Origin: Tubiluchus corallicola
Lineage: Eukaryota > Animalia > Priapulida
DNA: 64,000 nt
Direction of reading: 5' to 3'
Assembly (NCBI GenBank): GCA_030141605.1
Contig: JAQGDQ010000133.1
Coordinates: 248,001-312,000, forward strand
Part shown: positions 24,158 to 58,060 of the stretch, one piece after another
Layout of the letters: each line of letters opens with the position of its first letter
How positions within the stretch are numbered: the first letter of the stretch is position 1
Notes under the pieces: generated by a model
Told to the model about the DNA's origin: nothing
Databases searched by the model: none
What the model saw: only the letters and a program-made list of their open reading frames with translations
Program-made: the position numbers and the translations under genes

Positions 24158-27152
24158 CAGGTCGTGTTTTGTGCAACAGACTGAAACAATTACAGATATC
24201 TTCTAGCAAACTTTATAGCAAAAGTGATAGATTGTAACTGTTGACAATGCAGTGGTGCATATAACTTGTTTAACTCAGATTCGAGAAATTCAGACATGTA
24301 TTTCATACATAAGTGGTTTACTTATTTGTTAGTAACGCAACGAAAGAAACATTACGTAAAAACAAAATATGTGATAAAAATACATGTATAGTACTAAATA
24401 TATAATGCGCAGAAAAATGAAACTAATATTATTAAAAATGCGATTTAAAATAAAGCAGGCATTACTGCAATTAAAAATAAGAAAAAATTAAATATGTTTT
24501 ATATCAGCAACATATGTTGAAAGTGACAAAATATTTGAGTTTCACTTGCAAATTTACGAAATATTAAAATTAAATACTTGACACTGTGCCACACACACAC
24601 AATTTTTCTTACAAATATTTTGCTTTTCCTATAAACATAACTAAACTATGAGTATGATGGATTTATAAAGATAATTTAATACAGTAAATAATATATGAAT
24701 ATTGTAAATATTAATGCTTTCTTCTCCTTTGTAGCACAATTAGCTTCTGTAATGGTGTATTGCTTATCACACTGTCTTTATTGTGTGTACGTAGGGGTAT
24801 CTACTGTAATTTGTTTACTTTAAGGAGTAGCACTAATAGTTGACAATTTGTCATTTGATGTTCCATTTGACTGTCTGAGAAATGTGTCTATTTACAGCTC
24901 ATTTTTGTTTAAGTGCATCATATTCTTAATAGGTTTACCAATTTGCTTTTAATAACTGCTATTAAAGTGAACATGTCAAGGCATAAATTATTGACCAACG
25001 AGGGGAATTCATTCAAGTTCAAGTGTTTGCTAAGGAGAGTGAACTTTCTTCAAGTTCAAGTTCACCAGATAAGTGAACACTTATTTTCACACTCATGTTC
25101 AGTAGAATGAGCTTGTCTTATCACTGTAGATCTCATATTTTGTTTAAGAGCAACATTAAAACAGTTTTCACCATTATTTATCATTGCAACATCATCATAA
25201 GCACTTGAGTAAAAATGACATACGTACCTGTGAACGAATCAGTATGTGATTAAACTTCAAGCATTTTTTCGTTTTATGGAAAATTAAAGCATCGATTTTG
25301 GTGCAAAGTCATAGCTAAACTACGCACAAGTGTGTAAGCTTACAGCTAACATATCAAAGTATGTTTGCTAAAAAATTGTTTCATTTCCTTTTATTAGTAA
25401 TTGCCTTGACAATTTGCAGTGTTATTTTTAAGTAGCATTATGAAAGGCTGTGATATTGCTGAAATCTATTTTAGCTTTGCCTTTTCCATTCTCAAGTCGC
25501 AATTATAGTTGTTTGTGCTTTGCTTTCACAGGACTTTTTGTAGTGTAATTATAGTTCATGGATTTAGCAAAGTTTGTTGCTTCTGAAATTATTAATTTAG
25601 ACTACGATGTTAATTTGGCATTTATAGATATTGAACCTCTTGGTCAAAGGATGATCAGCTGTAAAATTGAAATACAATATTACAGCAAGCTTTCTTCTTG
25701 CCAAATAATATCAGTAAACTGTTCCTATAATTTTGTTTTAAATAACTTATAACTTTGCTGATACGCAGATGAGCAAACTAAAATGATAAACTATAGCCTC
25801 TAGTTGTTAAACAGCGAAAATATAGAAATGTGCTGATTACAAAGATTATCAATTGTAATAGTCAGTTTGTTTGTTTGCTAATATAGCATTGTCAAGACAG
25901 CACAAAAATGTTTCTGAAAATTACCATTGCACAAGTTGTGGTTGTCATATGAAAACAAGCACACATGTGAATAAAAATGCTAAAACATAAAATTGCATTT
26001 GCGGGGTTAATATAGACACAGGAGCTAATAGAGCCCTTTCAAACTGATCTACACGTTGTATTCCCAACTGGTTGGCGAAAACACGAATTAAAGACTCACG
26101 TTTTGAAGGCATACTGATAACTTTGGGTCCTCTGTGTCAGTGTTTTTCTATATCTTGCAAACTTTAATTCTGCGCTTGAGCCAGTGTTTTGCATTCAGCT
26201 GTATATACACTTATCTTTATGTTCTTTATATGAGAACTGCAATTTCTGAATAACAGAAATTTTCACAAAAGTAGTGTTCAAAAACATTTTTGATATCAAA
26301 TGTTTTTTATGGCTTTCGTAGCCCCTTAAATAACATTTGAAGTAATTCATTTGATAATCTTTGTAGTCAGCACATTTCCATTTTTTTACTGTTGAACAGT
26401 CACGTGGTTTATTCATTTTTGTTTGTTTGGTGGTTGCTTTTGTGTAGCTAGCAACAGAAATGGGTCATTTTAAGGGAACTTTTAGCGACAGTTTGTTATC
26501 TTTAGCAATCGGAGAATTTGCCCTAATTGATACTACTTATTATAATTATAATGTACAGCAGTTGCTGTTCATAATTTGAAAACCATCTCGGGCTGTAATG
26601 TTTTAGACAAATAAAAAACCAGTTTAACTATTTTGAATAATCGCTTTCGTATATGTATATACGATTTCATTATATATACACTATACAATACATAGTGTTC
26701 CTAAATTAAGTAATTTTTGTAGTTCGACGTGTTTTAATTTTCTTATTTTGTATATGTTGTGGCTGTCTGGAACCTAGCTCATTAGCAGCGAAAATCCCGT
26801 AAGATGAGCATCAAATCAACAAGAGGTGATTCCACTCATCTGTGATTTCAGCTCACGCAGTCTTATATTTATTTATAGTTGTGATATAATAATTAGTTCA
26901 GGGAATGACTTTTTTGGATGTCAATCAACGTGCAGTTTTATTGTATCTGGGCTTTTTGTGACTTAGAGTAACATGTCTTTTAGTTTACCCAATAATATAG
27001 CACAGTAAACGAAGTATCTTAATCCTCCTGTCTAGCAAACTGTACGTGTTTTTAGGTATAATGAGCGCAAGACCATGTTATCTTGGGAGAATTTTCCAAA
27101 GGCAAATTTCACAACTCAAAGGGAAAGATAAATGGTTAGAGATTTTACGCCA

Positions 27153-27210
27153 AGTAACCGGACTTAAACCGAGCCTGATTAGTAAATTAGGGCGGGTGAC
27201 CAATTGGTAC
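27153..27210 (+). mobile_element. 5S rRNA-derived SINE segment
   Basis: gagcctgattagtaaattagggcgggtgacc. Confidence 0.5.
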
Positions 27211-29249
27211 ATTTTTTCAGTTTTTCAGGCAGTGGTTTCATCTGCCATACTGCTCCAAGTATTCCCTTTGCTGAAGTAGGTTGCTAGTTTTTTGTTTGTT
27301 TCTTCGTTTTTTGTTTGCTTGTTTGTTTGTTTTTCAGTTTACTTGAATCAACAAGTTGCAGATAACCTGTTGGGTAACCTGTACGCGTGTTAATTGGATT
27401 TTGTCTTTTGAACGTCTTATATTGTTAATACACGTTATACTCTTAACCTGGGCCGTACTTGTATTGCAAGCATGCACTATGTTTTAAGTAAAACGGAATC
27501 GTATTCTTGACTCTTGTATAATTGTATTAGTGCAAAAAGCCTCTTTTTCATTAACTTAGTTGCTAATTAGCAGGGCTTTTAATTACTTGTATAAACCTAA
27601 ATAAACCTAGTATCTTTATATGTATGTTAAATTGGAAAAGTGAGGCTAAAGAAGTATATTATAATTTATAATCTGTATAAAGATATTGTAGCTTGATGTA
27701 AGCCCCTGTAATTCACAAATCCTTGTAAAAAAGATATTATTAGTTTGATGCAAACCTTCAGTTCAGAAATCATAATAAATGTATGATGTGAGAAAAATAA
27801 TAACTTAGTTTTTTGTATTATACTTGTGGAATTTGCTTGACGTCCTCATAGCATCTATATAATTTCCACCTAGAATTAACAGGCAAGCGCTCTTGCTATA
27901 AATTTGTCCCAGATCGTAAGCCAGTGGACTCACTTATAATTTATGACTGAACGACTCTCCCAGACTATTAAAATAGGTAGTATTTCTTGGTTATCCTAAT
28001 GCTGCCTGCTTGTATCGGCCAAGTGCAACGCAAAACTCGCACTAGCTTCAAACAAGCGAGCAAGATCATAATGCCCAGATTATATACGGCCAAGAAACTA
28101 GTTGTAACAGGACCGGAAGCTAGCAAATTGTTAAAGAAAATCTTTGAAACGCAAGCAATAGCTAAAATCAGTGTGGCAGATGAAACCATTGAGAAGCTGT
28201 AAGAATTACTGACTTCAACAGCTTTCACGAGCCAATATGGAAAAAAATGCAACTGACATTTTTCTACAATTTTGACTGTTTCTTAAGCAAATAGTTCGTC
28301 ACTATAAAACTTTACAGAATAATCATTTTCCAGAAACATAATCATAAAATAAACAGTTATTTTACCAGAGCCTCTTTTAACACGTTGGCTTGGTACCAAG
28401 TTTGAAGAAATCTTGGTACCCACTGATGTCTAAATCTGACCACTGGGTACTGACATACATTGCTTCAACGAAAAATAGCTTTTCCCGTTTCATTGGTATG
28501 TACAACTAGTGATCCTGGTCTGGCCCTGGCAATGAGTTCATGTTCGCTCCAGTGTTGAAGAACAACAGGTCGCTAGTGGTCGCTCTTCTGACGTCTGTGG
28601 CACATGATTGGCTACGGGACATCAGTATAGGCTATTTAGCGACATGTCACACTCAGTGCACGTGTTGATGTGACGACTCGGCTGACTGACTACTATGATT
28701 TCTGGGATGGGAGTACGATTGTCTTGATCATGCTATCATCTCCGGTCAAGTATGTCACGTGAAACGCCAAATCATCGTCTACGAATTGCACTGAAACCTG
28801 CAGGCATTGCCTCATTCGGTTCTTGATTTCTTAACCGCAAAACAATGTAGGGAACGATTGCCAGAAACGATAGAGAATTCACCAAAGAATTCGTCTGCAA
28901 GGACAATATGTTATGAGCCTGTCTTAGAGCTCTTGTTCAGATGTTTTATGGGAGTGGAGGTGTCGGTTCGGTAGATGTAATTAAGATTTTGCTGAGAGAT
29001 TAATTAAGAGAGTAATTAAGAGATTAACAGCAAAATCTTACTGTTTTTTCTTATTTATTCTCCGCCATTTTAACTCTTAATAACTTGCAAGCCTTGTTAT
29101 AGGAAAAAATAAAATCACAATTTCCGGATTAGTAGACACTGACACAAACATTTATATACGTAAAAAATTAGTACTTAATATCAAAACAAAGAAAAGTAAT
29201 ACAACACTGATATTACAATTAATATATCCTAAATGACCACATACCTATT

Positions 29250-30560
29250 ACACAATATTTATACATATTATCTGATACCAATGGAAAACACCCGTGAAAA
29301 GGTAATTGACACAGAGCCAATTTTTAATTTCATTTAAATTACACATTTCTAAAAAAGCATTATTGCACTCAATAGCATTTATGGTATCTTCTATCACTGA
29401 AATAACGATTTCTTCCTCAGATGTCAGATGAAAACTGCTACTCACAATACTATCTTTAATTTTTCTCGCTTCATTTTTGTTAGTGAAATTAATGCAATAG
29501 TTGTTATATTTAAAGTTAAGCAATTGTAGATTATAACCTAAGACAGATCTTGTTGAAAATTCAGCTAGCCTAGCGAAAAAATTAACTAATGTATTGTAAC
29601 TGTTCACACAAGTTGCATAATATTGCACGAAACACTTCTCAAATTGTTTACCTAAACAAAAAATTTTTACTGATGTATTGTGAAATGAACCTGTGAGTTT
29701 TATTTGGCATCTTCCATAGTTTACGCATGGATATATTCCAGGCTGTATTAATATCACTAATGTAGGCATTATAAAATTTCCAAATTTGGCTACCGTAGAA
29801 AGCGTGACAGTAGGTCATAAATACTTTTGTTTTCATACTACTGTTGAGAAATGAAAAATTGCTAATTACACTATTAGCTGTGTGTATACGTTTACGACTT
29901 ACATTGTTAGCATCATCTGAATTAGAGGTTAGTACACAGTCAAGATGAACTGCCTCTGTGCACCAAGTCAGTGAAGTTCCTGCCAAAATAAGTTTTGGGT
30001 TAAAAGTGTTGGGTCTGTCATTATTTGCATAAAACATAATACATTTGCTTTTCACTTTATTCTTTTGAATGTTGACAAAATTTATATTAAAATTTCTGGC
30101 ATATTCTTGACATAAGTTTAATATTCTGCATTGCAGTTAGACTAGGGGCTAGCATAGATAAATCATCTGCATACGATAATGCACCACAATATTTATTTCC
30201 AACAAAGCACCCTAAGCCGGTTTAGAAAGTTTTACCAATAGCTGATCTAGATATATGCCGAATAATAGAGGTGAAATCACTGCCCCTTGCCTCCTGCTCC
30301 ATTAGGGACAGTGACGTTCTTAGACATTGTTCCAAGATACAATTATTCTTTGATTGGTGTACGTATTTAGAAGCAGGCGTATTGTAAGCTGAATCATTTA
30401 CAATAGTGTACCTTGTCAAAAGCTTTCGACGCATCAAGCAGGGTGCTATACACAATGAAATTATTTTTTATATAGTATTTTGCTGTTTCTTTTAAAATCA
30501 TAGTACGCATACTTGTAGACATTTTTTCTTTAAACCCAAATTGCTGATCTGACTTATACA
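29250..30560 (-). mobile_element. Decayed non-LTR retrotransposon (LINE; reverse transcriptase and C-terminus, possibly RTE-X-like)
   Basis: Frameshifted RT motifs on the minus strand: QFGFK, LLDASKAFDKVHY, VRQGAVISPLLFGIYLDQL, YADDLSMLAPS, TYCHAFYGSQIW, AWNISMRKLW. Confidence 0.9.
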
Positions 30561-30874
30561 AATGCTTGTATTTCTCATAATTTGTCGATGTTTTATGGTA
30601 TCATATCGCTGGTTTAATGTGCTTCGCTTTATTGAAAGTGGCGCTCAGAATAGGCCAGAAATAGCCGTTTTTGAAGGAAAAACTCAAAATTTTCCCGAAC
30701 CCACCTACCAAACTGGTGGGAAAGAACCCCCCAGACTTCTCTGGTATCCAGTCATTGTCCCTTAAAAGAAGTTCTGTATTTTACGTAGATTTTGTTAACA
30801 AGTGAAGAGAAACGCTTAATACGCTATTGTTACCAATGAATAAAAAATAAAAAATAATAATGAATAAAATTAGG

Positions 30875-31225
30875 GCTAATTCCCGAGCGCCAGCTTGAGT
30901 CCTACAAAAAATTCACACTTCTTCCTGCTCAAAAAGTATTTAACTAATTGAGTTGAAATTTGGTAGGCTGATTACCTAGGATGTCCTTGGTTCAAAACTA
31001 AAAAACAACAACTAGAAATACTTAATTTAGTTAGTTAGGAAAGTTTAATTAATTAATTTTAAATTGATTTAAATTTTTATCCAATTGAGACAAATTTGGT
31101 AGAACGTTTAACTTGGATATCCGTGGTTCAAAACAAAAATAGAGTAATTCGTTAATGAATTAATTATATAGGGCTGTTTAATTAATTAATTTTAAGTTTA
31201 CCTTGACGCTCGGGTTCTATTTTAG
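30875..31225. mobile_element. Non-autonomous element with subterminal inverted repeats and a ~135-bp internal tandem duplication (Helentron/HINE-like)
   Basis: CCCGAGCGCC (30881) and GACGCTCGGG (31206) are inverted. There are two copies of aattgag..aaatttggtag...ggat.tcc.tggttcaaaac...tttaattaattaattttaa. Confidence 0.5.
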
Positions 31226-31934
31226 TCCAAATTTAGTAAAATTCATAGATTTACGCAATAAATTAGGTAGGTCAGCATTAAAACACAAAATTCACGTAAT
31301 TCATTTAGGACAGATCGCAAAACACCATTGAAGATTGATCAGAAGATATATAGCTCACATTATTGTTTTACCTGAACGAAAAATTCATACGATAGTTACA
31401 AGTATTAGGAATTTAGTAGCACTTTGCAGCACTAAATTTTAAAAACTATTTAACTATTTTGTGACAGTTGACTATACGAAATATTGCTTGCGTGCCTAAT
31501 AACCTGTAGCGATCCATACTATTTTCACAAAATGTAATATATTGGAAATTCTCACTTTCAGTTCGTAATAAACTAAAAGTGTCAATAAATCTGGATCAGC
31601 AATAATAAAAATTAGGACTTTTGCAACTGACGCCATTTTTAAGGTTTACGTCACTAGTAGAGATGTTGACTTTATTTAAAAACAGCCCAAGTAGCATTGA
31701 TAAATTCGTTAACTAAGAAACCATGGACCTATTAAAAAAGAATTATTGATATTAAATGGCAATTACTAGATGAAAGACAAAACTAGTAACATTTGTAGAG
31801 TTTTAATTATTTTATCAGTTGGTCTCTTGCTATTTTAAAAAGTTTCTTTTAAGTTAACCTATAGATGACCTTTAAGTGTTTTCCACAAAGTGCCAGGTCA
31901 TTCTTTCAATGCACTAACTTGATAGTTTCTAATA

Positions 31935-32095
31935 AAACCGCCCCCACTGCTTTCTCGTAGCTGTAACTTAAGAAAACTATTGGCGGGAATTCCGTCGCTT
32001 GAAGATGGTCAAGACATTTCTAGGGAATGTACGTCCGTCCTCGGCCACAGGAAATGGTCATAGTACGTGACTAACTGATACTTCCGGTTTGTATT
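31935..32095 (+). promoter_or_regulatory. Promoter of the scavenger-receptor-like gene
   Basis: GC box CCGCCCCC (31938), E2F-type TTGGCGGGAA (31980), and ETS-type CAGGAAAT (~32048) and ACTTCCGGT (32080), 80-230 bp upstream of the signal-peptide ATG. Confidence 0.5.
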
Positions 32096-32169
32096 TTATC
32101 TTACGCAGCTGACTTCATAACCGAGCAGATCCAGTCAGTTATCACTCAGGGTGTTGTTCCTATAGCATC

Positions 32170-53929
<21,760 letters not shown>

Positions 53930-54059
53930 TATTGCATTTTAGCTTATTTATTATGCACTTGTACAGAATTTGTGCCTAATTTGTGTTGCTGCGTAACTTT
54001 TTCCTTTCAATCTTGCACAAAATTATTTCAGATGTTTAAGATGTAATTTTCTTGCGTAA

Positions 54060-54190
54060 AAACGATTTCATTTGTGCAGAAAGCAAAGTCATTTGTGCAA
54101 AAAGTGAAATCAGTTGTGTAAGAGGTAAAACCAATTGTGCGAAAGGCAAAATAGACTGTGGAACTATTTAAATCAATTACTGTGCACGCT
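54060..54190. repeat. ~21-bp degenerate tandem repeat in the receptor 3' UTR
   Basis: About 5-6 units of tcatttgtgcaRaaagYaaa. Confidence 0.65.
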
Positions 54191-54547
54191 AGGTGATATC
54201 AATTAATTCATTTTTTGTGCACAACTGAAAGGGGAAAGAATTAGTTCGTGCTATTTTAGTAATCTGTGTACAGATTGCTTACTTACCTTATTGTGTCAGC
54301 TAATCGTGTCAGCAAATATAATCCTATTCAAATACAGCTACAGTGTGCTTAAAATTTTTAAAGTCCGATCTTTGACGCGACGGAGCACTGTAGCACTGTA
54401 AAACATTGTGAATAGGGTATAATTAAATGTGTTTGATACATAACAAATAAACCGATTAATTACCCATTCATAATCATGTATCTAAATTTGATTTTAGCTG
54501 CTTTTCGTCTTTTCATTGCGCGTTATAAATGGGCTTATCCAGAGACT

Positions 54548-54613
54548 GCGTTGTTTAGTAGTCACGGCGTTGCTTTTGTAATCCAAAGACTCCCTGTTCA
54601 AATACAGGTTCAC
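54548..54613 (+). mobile_element. tRNA-derived SINE head (decayed)
   Basis: Homologous to 55797-55860 (gtcacggcgttg...ttgtaat...gttcaaata). Confidence 0.6.
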
Positions 54614-55242
54614 TCTTAACTTTTTAACATTTTCTTCATTTAATTTTATAATTTTGAGTTCATTCTATCAAAAGACCGATCAATCACGCGAGAAATGATT
54701 TCGCTCAGTCGTAGCATTAAATTTAGAAATTTGAGCGAATCTATCAGTGTGTACTCAAGAAGTTATAATACCCGTCAAGAAGGGTATGGCAAACTCATAG
54801 AAGCAAAATCCTCTGCTCCTTCACCTCGCAAGCGGCTCTTGAATTTATAGTAGCGACTGTGCTTTGTTTTCCCTGTTGCTGCTAAAACAATTATAGCCTA
54901 TAGGGAAAGTACAGGTTGCGTTACTAATTGATGGCCAACAAGATTGTTGTGTAATACAGTAAAATTTGTTGTTACATTGATGTACATAACGTAATAATTA
55001 TTATTGTTTTATGGTACTTAAGAATTTCGTAGAATGAAAATGAACAAAAGAAAATCATTTCTTCAATTCTTCATTACTTTAAGCAAGTTCTTCATTTTAT
55101 TTTCATTTGGGTATATCTGCTGTGACGGTTCGTAATAAGTAGATTAAATAATAATAATTACAGTTATTTTTCCCTTTTGCATGTAAGTTTGTTGTGTATG
55201 CAACTAACACCCATTTTTGTTTCTCCTCTCATTAGTTGTTTG

Positions 55243-55510
55243 TAGTTAATAAATGCATTATCAAAAGGATCACTGCGCCATTTACAGCTGACATATTACA
55301 TGTGTTATGCAAACATTAAATCCTGAAAGTAATCTATGATCATTGCTTAAATCCTAAGACTTATTAACATTAATCATTGTACTTAACCACATTTATTAGG
55401 TCGACGGAAGTAGCTCTGTAATCGCGGTAACTGAAGTTAAACAACACTGAGCCTGATTAGTAGATGGTCGAATGACAATCGGAAATGCTGGTTTTCACCT
55501 GTGCGATAAT
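55243..55510 (+). mobile_element. ~265-bp repeat with a 3'-located 5S-derived segment; inverted copy at 46112-46376
   Basis: actgaagttaaacaacactgagcctgattagtagatgg resembles the 5S box A / intermediate element / box C region. Confidence 0.9.
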
Positions 55511-55796
55511 ACTCCTGGTATGTTTCTGCTGTACATCAGAACGTGTATAAACCGCTTTAGTGAGTTCAGTATCTCATTTTAAAGCCTTATCCTTCATAAT
55601 AAGTTAAATACCACAAGGCTGACTTGCAGAGGGTCAAGATGTAGAAAAAAATCACAACAGTTTTTAAATTAATTACAAAGTTAATTTAATTATGCACTTA
55701 GTTAGTTAGTAATTACTAAGGTGGACATACCAACATATGAAAATGAATGTAGATTGCCGAGCTATTAGAAGTGAATTATTAGGGAGTTGTCATTCT

Positions 55797-55860
55797 GTGT
55801 GGTCTGGTGGTCACGGCGTTGAACTTGTAATTCACAGATACCTGGTTCAAATAACAAGTT
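55797..55860 (+). mobile_element. tRNA-derived SINE head
   Basis: A-box-like TGGTCTGGTGG, anticodon-loop-like CTTGTAA and B-box-like GGTTCAAAT; no intact acceptor stem. Confidence 0.65.
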
Positions 55861-56393
55861 ATTGTGTGCAATAACAAGTTAAGACAAAAATTAAAACTAT
55901 TACAAAGTTAAAAAATGCCCAAATGCTTGGTGTAGTTTAAATTTAAAATTGTTAAAGAATCCAACCATACTTGGATTTGTAAAAAAACACCACAAAAAAC
56001 TGGAAGTTAGCACGTCAAGACGCACTTTATGGACACAAGACGCAAATACAATTTCTGAGCATATTTTATATGCGAAGGCCACAACGCTAAAGCGAATGAA
56101 GCCAAACATTAGTAACTGTTGCGTTGCGCAGGTCGTCTAGGGACGCTGAAGCGCAGCAGAGCACGCCGCGAGACGCGGGCGGCCGTTTTGTATTAGAACT
56201 TCAGTAGCACCTTTGCACATGTGCAACCGATCCGGCAGAAAGTGGCACACGAGTTAGGACGTACTTGCTCCATCAAAATGGACAGCAAAGAAAACGTTTT
56301 GCTCCGTTTCCACAGTAACCGCCTGCAGTGCAATAAGATCCTGTGTTCAGAGTAGAAAAATGTAGCAGTTAATAACAGAGAGAACCAAGCAAC

Positions 56394-56684
56394 ATGTACA
56401 CTTACTCACGCTGGAAGATTGTTACGAGATTCGCTTACTGCCTACTGTTCGTTGTTCTTGATTTAGTGAAAAGTGAAAATTGGACGTATATAGATGACGA
56501 ACTTTTGCATGACGAGCGAATCGTTATTGTGGTCGCTGGGTTTTTTCCCAAGGACACCGAACTTCCGCAAGGGAAAATCGGTCGTGGAGTAATACCTGCA
56601 GTCGACTTGGCTGTGGAAGACATTAACAGAAATCCAAACATTCTTAAAGGATACAAACTTCAAGTTTACAAGAACGACAGCAAG
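56394..56684 (+). CDS. First coding exon of a GABA-B receptor (class C GPCR, subunit 2-like); the rest of the gene was not found in this window
   Basis: Signal peptide, then the Venus-flytrap start IVVAGFFP...GRGVIPAVDLAVEDINRNPNILKGYKL...NDSK. Phase-0 AAG|gtaaat donor just before the expected Cys. GC-rich promoter-like patch at 56120-56190. Confidence 0.85.
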
Positions 56685-56944
56685 GTAAATCGATTTAAGA
56701 TTTGACATTAATTTTGATACACTTAGTAATTTTACATCAGACATCAGATAATATGATTCTGTTCCCAACGATGCCCTACAATGCCTTTTGACAAAAGTCA
56801 TGAAGTTACACAACATATCCTAATCTATCGGCGAATTATGTAGAGAATAATAGCGTTTTCCGACAGCATAATGCACAAAACATGTAATTCTGCAGACTGA
56901 CAAGAAATAAACATTATGCATCGCCCAGACAGTAATTACATATA

Positions 56945-58060
56945 TATATGGCACGAGGGGCTAATATTTAAGCTGCAAAAGGCAGGAATTAGAGGACCAT
57001 TACTACAATGGTTATACAATTATTTAGAAAGTCGCAAACAGAGAGTAGTAATTGAAGGTTCTACATCTGAATGGAAACAAATCAGGGCCGGTGTTCCTCT
57101 AGGTTCCATTTTAGGACCATTACTTTTTTAGTACTTATTAATGACATTGCTGAAAACTAGAAAATATAGTGCACTTATTTGCTGATGATACAAGTTTACT
57201 CTGTTCAACTACCAGTGTACGTTTAAGCGTTGAAAGTTTAAATCGAGATTTAGACAGAATTAAAAACTGGAGTTCTATTTGGGGAGTTACAATAAATATT
57301 CAAAAAAACAAAGTCAATTTTATATTCACGAAGAAAGATTACCATCAGTACTAAATGGTCTCGTTTTAGACAATTATGAAGTCGAAGTGGTTAATACAGT
57401 CAGACATCTGGGATTAATATTCGATTCTGCGCTTGACTGGAACTTCCATGTTAATTATGTTGAACCCAACAAAATACTTCATTCACATTATTTACTCAAA
57501 TTCAAAACAACTACGTATAATCTGGCCATTTTTATAAAGCATTTAAGACCAATAATTGACTACAAGATTATAATTTGGTCAAACTGTACTGTATCAATTT
57601 TCTGAAGATAGAAAAAATTCAGTACCGTAGTTTGCTGATAATATCAGGTGTTATGAGAGGCACCAGCGAAACAAACCTTAATCAATATATTTGTCTTCCC
57701 TCTTTAAAAGCCAGGGATGAACTCCGTGTAGTTCAAACAATCCAAAAATATTTTATCATCAAGCGCCTGATTACTTAGATGAAATAATAAATGAATCTTC
57801 CCATAAATGTCCTCGATACAATAATGTCGGGCTAACGAAATATTTACTAATAGATGCATTACAAATTTTTCTCAGTCAAAGGTGACCATTTTATTAGAAA
57901 TTTAATTGCCGACCTCAAATGTAGCTGCGGTGACTTTAAAGAAAGTTCTTACCATTACTTTTTCGAATGCGTAAAATATGATAGCGCTAGAACGGCATTA
58001 TTAGGCGACCTACTCGATCACCACACCAGATTTGTGAGCTCTTACAAAATTATAATCCAG
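56945..58060 (+). mobile_element. Decayed 5'-truncated CR1/L2-group LINE in GABA-B intron 1
   Basis: WHEGLIFKL..GIRGPLLQW..YL..RKQRVV, GVPLGSILGPLLF, LFADDT, HLGLIFD, EKIQYR and a C-terminal CSCG...E..YHYFFEC..Y; frameshifts and stops present. Confidence 0.92.

Noticed and set aside
55425-55495. True 5S rRNA gene
   Set aside because: Only ~60 of ~120 nt are present, with many substitutions; the same holds for all the 5S-like copies.
55797-55860. Functional tRNA-Thr(TGT) gene
   Set aside because: No intact acceptor stem or T-stem, and a diverged sister copy nearby; better explained as a SINE head.
56200-56290. RE1/NRSE site upstream of the GABA-B gene (also TTCAGCACC at ~63637)
   Set aside because: Only separated or single half-sites, not at canonical spacing.
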